64,000 bases of DNA from the human T2T-CHM13v2.0 reference genome, Homo sapiens. Below, piece after piece: positions 35,228 through 50,637 of the stretch. Made by a program: the position numbers and the translations under genes. The notes under the pieces are model-generated. The model was given only the letters and a program-made list of their open reading frames with translations. It had not been told where the DNA came from and did not search any database. How positions within the stretch are numbered: position 1 is the first letter of the stretch; each line of letters begins with the position of its first letter. Where the stretch lies: NCBI RefSeq assembly GCF_009914755.1, contig NC_060933.1; one strand, written 5' to 3'.

Positions 35228-35389
35228 ATTATATGTATTAAGCTCTTTTTCCTTTCTCCATAGCACTGCATATACAAAGATCAGCCACCCTGAGTTGAAA
35301 TAAACTGTCATGATCTGTTTGGCATTGTGAGATCACCACTCATCATAAAATAAGCTTTTTAAAATGTTAAAATTGAAGTGAGAGCATGA

Positions 35390-35670
35390 GCACAAAGAAA
35401 CAAGGACCAGAAGGTGTTTATAATCATGAAAAATTGGGAACAATTCAATAGGAAAACAGGAAAATGGTTAAATATGATATGTTCGGAGTATGGAATATGA
35501 TGCAGCAGTTACAAGTAGTAAAATAGATCAGTATGTACTGACATGAAGAAAATAGACTTACACATACCTTATGTAAAGGAGGTGAGGAAAAGGAACAATG
35601 GTCTTTTCTGTATTATTAGAATTTGAATATCAAAATTGGATTCATATATTACTTATATAATTAAAAAATT
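35390..35670 (+). mobile_element. L1ME fragment
   Basis: gtgtttataatcatgaaaaattgggaacaa..aaatggttaaat..atggaatatgatgcagcagtta..tatgtactgacatg. Confidence 0.7.
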
Positions 35671-36729
35671 AAGTTAGTCAGACTTAGAACTCTTTGAAAT
35701 CTAATTTTTGAAAGTTAATTTATGCCATCTGGAGGCAAACATGCCAATGTGATTGAAGTTTCAGTGGTAACCTGAATCCTCAGTCTCGTTGCACATTTAC
35801 TCTGAAGACATTCTCAAAAGAGAATTGGAGAGGAAATCCACCCAGTGTGTCCCCTCATGTATGTCTGTCTGGGATGCTCCAGTGGTGAGATGCCGTCACC
35901 TCAGTCCATTGTGTTAGTTTATTGCAATGTTCTAGGGTTCAGTCTCAGCCCCATTCCTGCCAACTGTTAGCTTAAGGCCCTTGGGCAAAGGAGATAAAAT
36001 TGTTCAGGGCCAACAGATCTCAGAGTTTCTTGGAACCTTAAAAGGAGATGACCCAAACATTTCTTATTCAAGATGCCACCAGCTCCAGTCACTCACAGTG
36101 ACTTGCCACAGGGGCTGGTGATGTTAGCTGCTTCCTTGGCGTCTGAGTTCTGGCTTGTGAGCAGATCTTATGCCCAATACATCAGAAACTCCATGTCTCC
36201 TTCAGTTGTAGTCGTTGGGAGAATCCATGGGTTGACAGGAGCCTAAGGAAAGCACCAAAAAGTCACTAGAGGCACTGGAGTGGATATGACCTTTTCCTTT
36301 GAACAGCAGTTTGCACAACATATACCGGTGGCTTTGTAGATCTGGTTTTCATTACCATTTCTGTCCTGGGGCAGCCATGGAAGCCACCTGGATATTTCAA
36401 TTAGTGCAGCAAGCTGGAATTCATTTACTTTAGAGTCTACTGCCTGAAGCTTCTCCCAGCTGGGCACCCAACTACGCCCAGGAACTTCTAGATATAACAC
36501 AGCATCCTGATTTCAGTCTAATAAGTAGATCTATTTTAGTCTTCTCAATTTCCAGTCATTTTGAAAGTGCTCCCCTGTCCCCATACCAGGCATGGGTTCC
36601 ATTCCCAACTTCTATCACTGTCAGTGGAGGTGGCAGCCTTGTGAGCTGCCAGGTGGGACCAGGTGCAACCCACAGCAAGGCCACTTGATGTCTCAGTCTG
36701 TAGAGTAGGTGCTTAATAATTGTCTTTGA

Positions 36730-36857
36730 CGAGTTAATGGGTGCAGCACACCAACATGGCGCATGTATACATATGTAACAAACCTGCACATTGTACACAT
36801 GTACCCTAGAACTGAAATTATAATGAAACAACAACAACAACAACAACAAAATAATAA
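36730..36857 (+). mobile_element. 5'-truncated L1PA (PA4/5) 3' tip with (CAA)n/(TAA)n tail
   Basis: gagttaatgggtgcagcacaccaacatggc..; perfect 16-bp TSD taataattgtctttga (36714-36729 / 36858-36873); inserted in an L2 tail. Confidence 0.95.
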
Positions 36858-37750
36858 TAATAATTGTCTTTGAATGGCTGACTGAAAGCACATTCATATT
36901 ATCTAGTCAAATGAATGTCCACCCTCCACTATAGAGCCTTTGTAACTGAGCTACTGGGGTCTACCTCATTTCAGAATCCCTCAGAGTCCATGGTGTATCC
37001 ATTCATGCATTCATTGAGCAAATATTATGTACCTGTTCTGTGTTAGAGAATATTTGAAGTGGTGGGAATATAGTGGTGAGAAAGGCATGTTTCTGCCTTC
37101 AAGACATCACCATATGAAAGATACTCTGGGATGGATGGAGGGTGTTAATAGAACCCCAGCAAATTGACAAGGTGGCTCCCCCTGTGTCCTCTGGCTAGTA
37201 AGGGACTGGTGGCTCCATGAAACAGGGAGCTGCCCTGTGCTGCCCAAGGCTCCAGCCCTGCTTCCTCCTCATCTCCCCCCTGGACGTGACTCTGCCTCAT
37301 GGGGAGCCCATTCTCTTAGGGATCTTTGTAAACTGATCTTCTTGTGTCAAAAACATCAAATGCCTCAGATTCCATTGCTTATAATAAGCACTTTGGGACC
37401 AAAGGAATTTTTTGTAATGAAAAAAACAGTTTTTCATAAGTTAATGTTTTTCCTTTGAGACCTGGATGCCCTTCTCTTATTCATCCACTGCCCATGCAGC
37501 TAATCAGATTTGAAGGGTAAAATAATACCAGACTTATCATTGCATGTTACATGAGAAATGTATTAGTTAGGAGTCTGGGGTTCTAAGGCATAGAGACAGC
37601 ATGAGCTAGCTCAAGGAAAAAGGGGAGGGAATTGTTATAAGGGCACAGGGGTGCCCCACAGAATCGAAAACAGAAATGTGACTAGGCCTAAGGAAAGCGT
37701 CAAAAAGTCACTAGATTTTTTTTCTCTCTTTCATCTCTCTTCCCATCTTC

Positions 37751-37808
37751 CCCATCCATCTATCCATCCATCCATCCATCCATCCATCCATCCATCTATC
37801 CATCCATC
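37751..37808. repeat. (CCAT)n tetranucleotide microsatellite
   Basis: About 14 CCAT/CTAT units. Confidence 0.95.
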
Positions 37809-37857
37809 TCTCTTTCCTTCTCTCCTTCCCAGCTCCTGCCTCTGTATTTCTTCCTCC

Positions 37858-38449
37858 TTTTTTCTTCCAACTTTCATTTCAGGTTCAAGGGGTATATGTG
37901 TGCATTTCTTATATGGGTAAATTGCATGTCACGGGGGGTTGGTGTACAGATTACTTTGTCACCCAGGTAATAAGCATAGTACCTGAAGGTACTTTTTGGA
38001 CCTCACCCTTTTCCCACCTTCTACCCTCAAGTAAGCCCTGGTGTCTGTTGTTCCCTTCTTTTTGTCCATGGTATACTCAGTGTTTAGCTCCCACTTATAA
38101 ATGAGAACATGTTGTGTTGGTTTTTGGTTCCTGTGTTAGTTCACTTAGGACAACAGCCTCCAGCTCTATCTATGTTGCTGCAAAGGACATGATCTCATTA
38201 TTTTTTATGGCTGTGTTGTATTCCACGGTGTATATGTACCACATTGATGTCCACCATTGATGGGCATTTGGGTTGATTCCATGTCTTTGCTGTTGTGAAC
38301 AGTGCTGTGATGAACATATGTGTGCATGTGTCTTTATGGTAGAATGATGTATATTCCTTTGGGTAGATACCCAGAAATGGGATTGCTGGGTCGAATGGTA
38401 GCTCTGTTTTAAGTTCTTTGAGAAATCTCCAAACTGCTTGCCATAGTCC
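37858..38449 (-). mobile_element. L1PA15/16-like 3' fragment
   Basis: caactttcatttcaggttcaaggggta..gtcacccaggtaataagcatagtacc; ORF 38198-38524(-) resembles the ORF2 C-terminus; 20-bp TSD gcctctgtatttcttcctcc (37838-37857 / 38450-38469). Confidence 0.93.
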
Positions 38450-38834
38450 GCCTCTGTATTTCTTCCTCCACCTAGCTTCCTCTGCTTTCTGGTCCATGAG
38501 GTCAATCAAATAGGGTTGCCCCATAGTGTCTAAGTTTTCATGTCACCAGCCCAGCCACATCAGAGAGACTCTCGTCAGATCAGCTATGGCCAGAGGTCAT
38601 ATTGTTCCATAGTGGTTCCTGGATGCAGATTAACTTCCAGCGAAAAGGGACACATTTTGAGCAGGACAGACATGGCCAAAGCTATCTAATATGCCCAAGT
38701 CTACACACACAGACACATGCCCAAATCCCTCTCATGGCTACACATCCAACCAGAGATGGTCAAATGGACCCTGCCCTGAACCCACATGGGAGGATATGGT
38801 TCTGACTTGAGCTGCAGGATCCCAGGGCTTGTGT

Positions 38835-38990
38835 TGAGGTGGGAACAGCCCTGGACCTGAGCCAGAATACTGGGGCTCCAGTCATGGCTTCACCATTAAA
38901 CAACTCTAGAGTCTTAAACAAGTTCTTAGCCTGTCTGAGTCTTTATTTTCTGTATAAACTGGGAGTCACAGAGGCAGCTTTCAATTATTT
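38835..38990 (+). mobile_element. MIR
   Basis: agccctggacctgagccagaatactgggg..aacaagttcttagcctgtctgagtctttattttc. Confidence 0.6.
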
Positions 38991-39387
38991 AAAGGACCAC
39001 TTTATGGGAGGGGGATAGGTGTGTTACCTGTCTAGTGTTGGAAGGTGAAACCACAGTGGAGACCACAGAGTGGCAATTTGTGGCTGGAGATACAGAAGAA
39101 CCTTCTCCCAATCAGGCTGCCCCACCATGTTCAACCTGCCTGCCTTGCAGAGAGTTGGCTCTCCCTGTTACTGTGGGAAATCCAAGGGGTCTCAGAAAAC
39201 ATCTACAGAATGGAGATACTGGCCCATTTCCTAGCAGGATTATCTGTGTTTGTCTGGGGGTGAGGGGAGTAAATAGAAGTTTGAGTGCTACATACAAATG
39301 TGTATTTTTTGCATTGTAATCTTAACAAACAGAAAGAAGTATTTTGCTCCAGTTTGTATATTCTTTCAAAGCCTTTGAACCACACTT

Positions 39388-39676
39388 TATTTTTTTAGAC
39401 AGGATCTCACTCTGGCGCCCAGGCTGGGGTGCGGTGTTGTGATCATGGCTCACTACAGCCTCAACCTCCCCCAGCTCAGGTGATCCTCCTGCCTCAGACT
39501 CCCAAGTATCTGGGACTACAGGCACATACCACTATGCCTGGCTGATTTTTGTATTTTTGTAGAGACAGGGTCTCACTGTGTTGCCCAGGCTGGTCTCAAA
39601 CTCCTAGGCTCAAGTGATCCTCCCATCTCTGCCTCCCAAAGCCCTAGGATTACAGGTGTGAGCCACTGTGCCCAGC
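39388..39676 (-). mobile_element. AluJ
   Basis: gatcatggctcactacagcctcaacctcc; full dimer; TSD gaaccacacttt / gaagcacacttt. Confidence 0.95.
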
Positions 39677-40596
39677 TGAAGCACACTTTTTAGTGTGTCT
39701 GCCACAAGGGTTTCCAAGGCCACTAGCTGGCAGAAGGATAAGGTGGAAATGTAAATGACATGCCCCTCTCTTCATGAAAACAATGTCAGTTGTTCCTCTC
39801 AGTCCCCACCATAACAGTTTCTGAAATTCTTTCTCACCTCCTTCACTTATTTATCCTTTCTGCTCCCTGCTAGACTGCTAGGGGTGGGGACAGGAGTGAT
39901 GTCTGATCACCACTGCCTCTGTGACCATAACCTCTGATACTGTCATTTCTTCTTTCCAAAGTCTTGGCTATCATTTGAGGAGCTGAGACAATAGGATAGT
40001 TCTGCTTTCACAGAGCATATTAGCAAATACCCTGTGTGAGGCCCTAATGACATATTTGGCCCTTTCCATCTTTGGGGCTGTAATATTCCCTACAGATGGA
40101 CCCTTTGGTTAAGTCTCCTTATGTTGCTTTTAGTTTTCATCAATCTCTGGTTGGTTTTTAGAACTACTAAATGGAGCCATTAGGTCATTCAAAAACAGGC
40201 AGATGTATGTATGTTTGTGAGCCATGATAGGGATCCAGAAATATTTACATAATTTTCATCTATTAAGAGATTTAACAGCTGTGTCTGCCATGTAGTTACT
40301 TTAAAATATAAAATGCAAGGTCAGATCTCTTGGGGATACTGTTTTGTTTTTCTTTTCTTATGATTGCTGTTAACGATGTCATGTTTAAGTAAGGAAAGAA
40401 GGTTTTGATATTCCTCTAAGAGTTACCAGCCTGTGGAGGAGTTGTGCTCCAAGAGGATCGAAGGCTTAGAATTCAAATGTAAAAGTGTTTACCTTCTTAG
40501 GCCAGTCATCTGATCAACACGTAATGTAGCTGAATTAGTACACATTTCCAAAGAATTTACGAAACAAGACACCTTGCAAAACTAGCAGTCAAATAA

Positions 40597-41875
<1,279 letters not shown>

Positions 41876-42821
41876 AAAATACAGTTTTGTTTTGTATCAT
41901 GAATATTGTTGCTACTTGGGAAAAACATGTTTAATCAGGCACTAAAGGGGCAGCTGAAGTGTTTGATGGTGATTCTCAAAGGGATTCTTGGACCCCTCAA
42001 GAGTTTTAGAAGATAGTGATGCTAGTATTTTATTATGTATAATTATACTGTAAAATACATTTTTGATACATTATAATTACTTCTGTTTATGACTTAGGTA
42101 GTTTTTGCCTTGCAAAAGGGAGATAGGGAAAGAAAGTTTACTTAAATAATTGGAAGCAAAGGGGGAATGAGGAGAAAGCTAATGAAGATGTGAATATTTG
42201 TGAGGAAAATTGCCTGTAAGTGTGAATAGGGTGTGAATGGAGAGTGGATGTGTCTGGCAGCACCTCTTCTTATTCTTATCATCTTACTGGGGTGATTGAA
42301 GTTGCAAACACATGGCCCTTCACTTCTTTTGTAAACGGACATAATTGATCCAACACAGCATGATTGCTTTCTAGTGCAGCAATTTTCAGAATACTGCCTT
42401 CTCAAAGATATGGTTCTCCTGATTGATTATGAAATGAGATAAAAATATAAGTCCTTGGTTTAATAAGTGATGAACAAGCCCATAAAATACTAGGTTTTTA
42501 CTTTTGCTAGAGTAATCTACTAAGTGAGTTATTAAGGGCCTTTCTGAACTCAAGTTAGTGTGTCACCATAGACTCTAATTAGTCTGAGGACTCTAATTAG
42601 TTCTGCTAAAAAGTCTCACTGCTATTCGGTGACAAAGCTCCTATAATGTGGCATGCATGTAGGCAGTTGTAGTTTCCAAAAAAGAAAGAAGTAGGTGGAG
42701 CATAGGATGCTCAAAGTAGACAATGATCAAAGACTTTTGAGAGTCATCAGTCTAGGAAAGTTATTCTCAACCCTGGCTGGGTATCAGAATTGTCTGTAGT
42801 GCTTCTAAGAATTATGAGTTA

Positions 42822-43111
<290 letters not shown>

Positions 43112-43474
43112 ATTATGAGTTGCTGGACTGCATGATGATCTACTGAATGAGAATCCATTCTCCCCCCAGTAAACTTTTCCTTTATCTCCTTTATCTCATT
43201 GGCAGGCACTCATTCACAGGTCCACTCAAGACAGTCACGGACAAAAGGAAACAGGATTGTGAGGATTTAGCCCCATGGGGCTAGAGCACTGCTACTGAAA
43301 AAAAACCACCCTAACTATATTTGCAGCTTTACGGTGTGTAAAACTTCAGTTTAAAAACAAAAGGGAAAAAAGGTCTCTGCCTTCAAAGATTATAAGCTAT
43401 TCATTCAAAAAGACCAAACATTGTAAGAAATAACTGGATAATTAATCCATAAAGGGCAAGAGAAGTAGAGCCAG

Positions 43475-43645
43475 CTTTTATTGAGTACCTGCCTACCTGT
43501 GTGCTGTGTGCTGTGTGCTGGGTGAGTACTTTATATATGTCACTTCCTTTAATCCTCATTTTAATCTTCAGAGGTCAGTAGTGTCACTGGCATTCTACAG
43601 ATTAAAATACTGTAGTTGAGGGAATTTAGGGGATTTGAATTGCAT
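43475..43645 (-). mobile_element. MIR
   Basis: ttttattgagtacct..gtactttatatatgtcacttcctttaatcctca..cattctacagat. Confidence 0.7.
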
Positions 43646-44659
43646 TTCCTCTCTAGAATGGGGTGAGACAGAAGTGGTGTCCTTCTTTCAGGCATCTAGG
43701 TTTGTTTCTTTGGGGTGTGTATGTGTGTATGTTTCCATGTGTGTGGCAGCTTACCAGGCTATGTCCCAATTAATAAGGAGATGTATCATCCTCATTCCAG
43801 TTTTTCAAATGTGACTTGACCAAAATGCATTCTATTCCTATTCTTTGAGTTTATATGCCAGAAATGGAGTGGGCATGTGTGTCTTCTCAGGACTAATCCA
43901 TGCATGAAGCTCTTTGAATCAGCACAATATTGTACAGCCTAGTTGCGTTCTGTTCATCAAGCATCGGTCGATGATTTATTGACAATGCAAACAAGTGGTC
44001 TGTTCATGTGAGTTCATGATGATTTGTGAGTGCTTCCTGCCCATCTGCTCTCTCATTTTAAGTGTGCTCTGTAATATAAAAATGATAGTCATACAATAAT
44101 TCTATTGGGGTAGATCTGTACCACTACCCAGAGATATTTGTTTGACTTTTACTATTATTTTACAAAATGGGAATTTCTTTCACAAAGAAGATGAGTTCAT
44201 TGTACTTTGGCTTTTTGTAAGAGAAAGTGAATGTTGTGACACTGACATGAATAAATGAATTCATGTTTTCTGATCCCGTGGAAAGGAAAGAATAGAATAA
44301 TATCAGCACGTGGATCTCATAATGAAAGGGGAGTAAAGTGAGTCTTCAGAAACAGACTTAAAATAAGCTCAATTCATTGTAATTAGAAAATGGATCTTGA
44401 AAGGGCCTTGCCAAAAGGCGATGATGTGATGTTGGGGTGTAGAAGTTTTTTGACAGTGGACTCTTTTATCACAGAATGTGAGGTGAGGCAGAGGAAATAT
44501 GATTCATGTTATAGTGCTTTAGTTATTGATTACATAGGAGTTTGCTTTCTCCAGCTCTTGTTCATAGCTGCTAACTGGCATACAGAGGAAATATTGTTTA
44601 CTTATTTAAATAATTTTTAAGATAGTGAAAATTCTGTATGTTTGGTTAAATTATACTTG

Positions 44660-44975
44660 GTTGTTTGCATAGGCTGTCTCTCCCTGAGACGCTCACCTCA
44701 CTTCTCTATGGGTCAGCGAAACACATACCCTGTGTAATCACCTCCCCTATAAAACCCCATGGCAACCTCTTCCAACAATTCATCCTTTGCATTCCATCCA
44801 AGTATGTCTTGTTATATCCATAGCATTTAGTGCATTTATTATTTCCTCTCCTGCTTTCCTCTACTAGATTTTGAGAGCCTTAAGGACTAGAGAGTGACTG
44901 ATTCATCCTTGTTTCCCCAGCACCCTGGAGCAAAGAGCCCAGCACATAGTAGTTGCTTGTGGTGAATGTAATTCA
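44660..44975 (+). mobile_element. L2 3' fragment
   Basis: ttcctctactagattttgag..taaggactag..ttcatccttgtttccccagcac..agcccagcacatagtag. Confidence 0.7.
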
Positions 44976-46199
44976 GGGTGTCTTAGGACTATCCTGCTCA
45001 TTATGAATAGAGGATAAAAACAGATTTCTAAGTTCTCCATCTGCCATAAAATTCTGGGAAGAAAAAATATGAAGTATTCCTTTCTGCACACACAGAAGTC
45101 TTCCATTTTGCAATTTTCTATCTAGTCTGCTGTCCTTTCTCTCTCTTCTTTATCAGGGCTACACATCCTCTCTCCTGGCCAGAGCGTCATTTGAGGCGTG
45201 CTTATGCAGTTCTCATTGTCTTCAATTAAGGTTTGGGACTGAGATTACCAGCTTGGCTTGGTAACCCTGTTCACTTATTAAAAAATCAGTCGATCCTTCA
45301 TTTTTATGAAAAGATGCAATGCAAAATAACCTTGATTTAGAATTTAATGAGGCTGACATTTAACCTGAGTTCAGTTAGGAAGACAAACAAAAAACACAGA
45401 CAAAGTTGAGAGAAGGAAAATAATTACCTACTTGAATAGTGTGGGCAATTCTCCATCCATATGCCCCAGGAGAATATGAGGTGGGAGATGCATGAATTAC
45501 CTGAAATTTCTTTTAGCCTCTGTTTATGATTTTAGTCTTTCAAGATGCAGGTATGTTTTTCAGGCCTTGTGGTCCCCAAACACAAGGAAACTTTCTTTAT
45601 CTGATGGTCAAAAGAAGTGACGACCTAGTCCTTAGTAGGAGAAAAATGTGCCTGCATGGACTCTTTGTGAGACAGTGTTGTTGGATACTTTATGAACATT
45701 TTAAGGGATTCTCATGAGTAATTTTGATTATAGACGATTTTTACTTTATGCATTGACTAGGAACCAAATGCAACTTTCTTAGAGAGACACAAAATTCATT
45801 GTCCAAATAGACCATAGGGTCAGCAGGCTTTGTAAACATGTTTTGTATGTGCCTAGGGGTTGAGAGCAGGGGCGGGAGAGGTTCTGGTCCGTTCATCAAA
45901 CCAGGGGCTGGTGTTAATGTTTGATCAACAAAACACATGTAGGCCTAGGCTCTGATCTAGGTCCAACTGCCAACATAGCCTTTTCATGCCTGCCTTTCCT
46001 ACTTCAGGTAGAGAGAGGAGAAAAAACCTATTGAGGAAAAAAGAAAGAATAATATTAGCCCAAGCAGTGGTTCTACTCACTTAAGGAGAATGGAGTATGT
46101 TTATTTAATTTTAACTGAAAAGTCCTGGCCAATATTTCTAAGCCTGGCTTGGGATAACAGAATGAATGGCCTTGGGGGAGAGGGAGGAGAAAGAAGATG

Positions 46200-46395
46200 A
46201 CTGATTTTAGTGTCTGCTTTATGGTGTGTGCTGTTTAATCCTCATGACAATCCTAAGTGGAAGGAAGAACTCCCCATGTTACCAGTGACGCAGCGGAAGC
46301 CCAGGTGCTACTGAAGGTCACGCAGTCAGCATTGACGAAGTCTACACTAGAATCCAGGCCTGACACAACCCAAAGTCTGTATTTTTTCCCTCTGC
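46200..46395 (-). mobile_element. MIR
   Basis: tttaatcctcatgacaatcctaag..ccccatgttaccag..aaggtcacgcag..tagaatccagg. Confidence 0.65.
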
Positions 46396-46629
46396 AGTCT
46401 CTTAAAATTGGCAAAAGGTAAACCTTCATGCGACCCTAGATTTGATTGGAACAGCAGATTTAGGGGTCATGCAACAGGAGAATGAGTGGATTATAAGTTT
46501 TTGAGTCCCCAGATCTTTGGGGAGAAAACCCAATTCTGTTGAAGTAGGAGCTGTTCAATTGGAGGTGAGATTTTTAGTAGGGATTTCTAATGCATTCTTT
46601 TTTCCCATTGATGGTTGTTAATACTTCCC

Positions 46630-46631
<2 letters not shown>

Positions 46632-46672
<41 letters not shown>
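46632..46672. repeat. (CA)~20 microsatellite
   Basis: Perfect CA run. Confidence 0.97.
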
Positions 46673-46673
<1 letters not shown>

Positions 46674-47742
46674 GCATAAATAGGGCACACGTATTCTCCC
46701 ATGTAAGGGCTGCTGTCCCTTCTCCCTCCCACTTATAGCGATGTGTGCCTCTCTGTAGCTGAAGGTTGCCTTGTATTAGGACACTGACTGATGAGTACTC
46801 CCCACCAGGGTCCGGAGAGTGTGCTTCATTCACCTTTCAGCCTCTCACAGTTCTGGCACAGGGGAGATAAAGATGTTGATGGTTTGAGGTGCTTTTTGGT
46901 AAATAACATAGGCAAACACTTGACACCCCTAGGCTACCACTGTCCTGTTGTGTGGATACCTATTCAGTGAAGCCAGATAACTTTTACAAATCACAATGAA
47001 TACATCCTCAGCAGAGCCAGTTGCCTGAGGGAGGTTACTGAATCTTCTGGGAGTCGTTTGCAGGCCTTTAGACACTGGGCTCCTTTCTGGACCATGCCCA
47101 AACTAGTGACAGATGCAGTCAGAGTAGCAGAATAAGGAAGTCTAAAGTCACCCAAGCCTCTTAGTTCTTGATAATTGACATGTCCAGCATTTCTTGACCA
47201 TCAGTAGAAAATACTAAACTTTACAGTACATAAAATAATCAATTCATTCCTCTGATGGGGCAACTATTTAAGTCAGTATGGAACTCTATCTTTCTGATTG
47301 CTGCATTAGTCCCTTTTTTTTTGTTTATTTTGCTTCTTAGTAGAAAAGAAAAATCTAAAAGATTCTCATTTTAAGTGACTTGAGCTATCAGTTAAATTTT
47401 AAAAGCCAATTATTTTGAAGCAGTAGAGCCTTACGAATTCTAAAGTCACACACTGGAAGCCAAACTATCTAGAGTATAAATATTTCCTTTTGAGGGGGAT
47501 ACTGACAGATTCTTCTATTTTATCCCAATTCCAGTTCCTGACCTCCACTCACAGACAGGGAGGCAAGGGGAAGGCTCACTAATTGGCAAGGCTGGACAAG
47601 CATAAAGGATTCAGTGCATAAAGAATCAAGCTTCTGATCCTCTCAAGAGGTCACACGCAGAGTGTCTATGTGCTGGACAGCTTTGGCTGTACACACCAGA
47701 AGTGTTCCAGGCGTAAGGTTTTTGGCAAGTCTCGTTGCCTAC

Positions 47743-47955
47743 GTTCAAGTCCTCTCTGAGTCGCTTACTAGTGTGTAAACATAGCTGAGATATATAATGT
47801 TTCTAAGCCTCAGTTTCACTGTCTGTAAAATGGCAATGACAATAACTGTACCCACCTCACAAGGATGCTGTGTTGTGAGGTGTGAACGAGCCATTTGTGT
47901 CAGAACATAGCACAGTGCTGGGCTCACACTAAGCATTCCATTCATGTCAGCTACT
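47743..47955 (+). mobile_element. MIR
   Basis: ctaagcctcagtttcactgtctgtaaaatggcaatgacaataactgtacccacctcacaagg..gttgtgagg. Confidence 0.85.
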
Positions 47956-48562
47956 AGCTCTTTGGAACTTTTCAACTTTGGTCCCTAGGGCTACATTAAC
48001 CCTCTTTCCTGCCAGACAATAATCTGAGGTTGGTTGCTGCTTTCAGAAGAAACAGTGTTTGAAAGTTAAGAAAAATGTACCTAGAAATCTAATTTCTAAT
48101 TTCATTGTCATGCCTTAACAGAACACCCAGATGCCTTAAAAGACTTTTACAAAATGCAAATTTCTGATCCAGAAAACTTCTCAGCCATAGTGCCAAAGAA
48201 CATTATCAGACCCAATTCCCTATATCCCAACAAAACCACTCCCCAGTCACAGATTATCCGACACAATTTCATTGGGGTTCTCAAATGGCAAGAGTTTGTT
48301 TAAAATGCAAATCTCTGAGCCCCACCCTCAGAGAGGCCAGCGGGGCAGTGGAATATGCACTGAACACTTCGGGCACTAACTCGTGTGCCAATGGTTGCAC
48401 TTGGACATATACTACTCTAGGCCTTTGGGCTCCTTTCGTCCCTGCAGCACCTTCTGTCCTCAAGACAGGGGCTCTCTTGTTTTCCTCATGCAAGAGCTGT
48501 TGCCCAGCTAGTCCATCCCACTGAGGACAAACTCTGACTCACCTTTTAAGATGTAGTTCTCT

Positions 48563-48865
48563 GGCTAGGCACAGTGGCTCACACCTGTAATCCCAGCACT
48601 TTGGGAGGCCGAGGCAGGTGGATCACGAGGTCAGGAGTTTGAGACCAGCCTGACCAACATGGTGAAACCCTGTCTCTACTAAAAATACAAAAATTATCTG
48701 GGTGTGGTGGCACACACCTGTAATCTCAGCTACTCAGGAGGCTGAGGCAGGAGAATTGCTTGAACCTGGGAGGCGGAAGTTGCAGTAAGCCGGGATCACG
48801 CCACTGCACTCCAGCCTGGGCGACAGAGTGAGCCTCTTTCTCAAAAACAAAAAAGAAAAAATAAA
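48563..48865 (+). mobile_element. AluSg-like
   Basis: ggatcacgaggtcaggagtttgagaccagcctgaccaacatgg; full dimer with A tail. Confidence 0.95.
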
Positions 48866-49119
48866 ACATGAAGTTCCCAACCATGTGCTGTGTAGTGAGC
48901 ACCATGGTGGCCCTGCAGTGTACAAAGGTGAATTGGCCATGGTGTGTGTTGGCATGGAGCTCCCAGTCCAGCTAAGAATACCCTTCAGGGCCAAGCTGAC
49001 TCCACCCTGTTTCCTGAGGCCCAGTCAGCGGTCCCAGCTTCTGGTCTGTGGGCTCACCTAGTTTAAAGACCCCCTTGAGCCTCAAAGGATGTTCGAAGCA
49101 TGATTCAGTTGGGGAGTTA

Positions 49120-49321
49120 TTGGTCAACATGGTGGGACAATTCTTCACTGTGTGGGACTGCCCTAAACAGTACAGGGTACTTAGCATGTCTGCCCTCCCA
49201 ATGCTGAGTACCAGTGGTGCTCCACAGTCACTGTGACAATCAAGAAAAGTAATGATTGCCACATGTTTCTGAATACCCCTGACCTCTGGGGAATAATACT
49301 GCCCCAAGTTGAGAGCCTCTG
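49120..49321 (-). mobile_element. MER20/MER20B-like hAT element
   Basis: ggacaattcttcactgtgtgggactgccc..ttagcat..ctgtgacaatcaag..ctgccccaagttgagagcctctg. Confidence 0.7.
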
Positions 49322-49360
49322 TCCGGTTTAGGTCTTTCTCCTCAGTCCATACCTCTGCTA

Positions 49361-49924
<564 letters not shown>

Positions 49925-50149
49925 TTAGCAGGCTTGCCTTTGTAGGTAAATATGATGGCACTTCCCAATCATCATGTATTGGGATGTGAAGTTGTGTGGA
50001 GTCTGAGGCTGACCCCTGGTAGTGTGAGGACCTTGGGGGATTGCCTTGGAAAATACAGGGTCCAGCCCAAGGCTCTGGCTTTCAGGGTCGGGGGTTGAGA
50101 TGAATTTGTCACAGCTCCGCCTGAGCTCACCACACTGGGAAGTCAAACA

Positions 50150-50370
50150 GAGGCAACAGCTTCTGTTTGCTAAGTGTTACCACATGCTAGGCACTGTGTT
50201 GAGTATGGTGAAGGACCTCTTAAATCTTCAGAACAACCGACGTTTCAGCATTTTACAGCTGCAAAAACTGAGTCTTAGCAAACATGGTCTTAGAGCCACG
50301 AGAATGGACCTGGGACTTAAATCCCAAGTCTAGAGCCTGGACTTGACCACAGCAGCATCCAGCTTCTCAC
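50150..50370 (-). mobile_element. MIR
   Basis: ctaagtgttaccacatgctaggcactgtgttgag..cattttacagctgcaaaaactgagtcttag..gggacttaaatcccaagtc. Confidence 0.75.
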
Positions 50371-50637
50371 CCATCTTTCGCTCAATTCATCCCTTTAATC
50401 ATTTATTTTAGGATTCAGTTTGATTCCCCCAATCTCAAAACTTTCAAGGATGAACAATACTTCTCACACAAACACACCTTCTACCGAATGCCAGGAGGGG
50501 TCTGCACTTAGATTCCTCAGCTGTCACAGTGCCATTGAGTCTGAGGCTGCCTGACTGCTTGGTTGTGGTTTTTTGACACCTGGCATTTGTGTTTAACAGC
50601 CCCAGTGGTTGAGAAGCAGAGGGGACCCACACTGGCA

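Larger units (their letters stand above)
37560..38700 (-). mobile_element. Old MLT1-like LTR remnant interrupted by L1
   Basis: Starts tgtattagttagg; degenerate MaLR-like sequence resumes after 38450. Confidence 0.45.
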
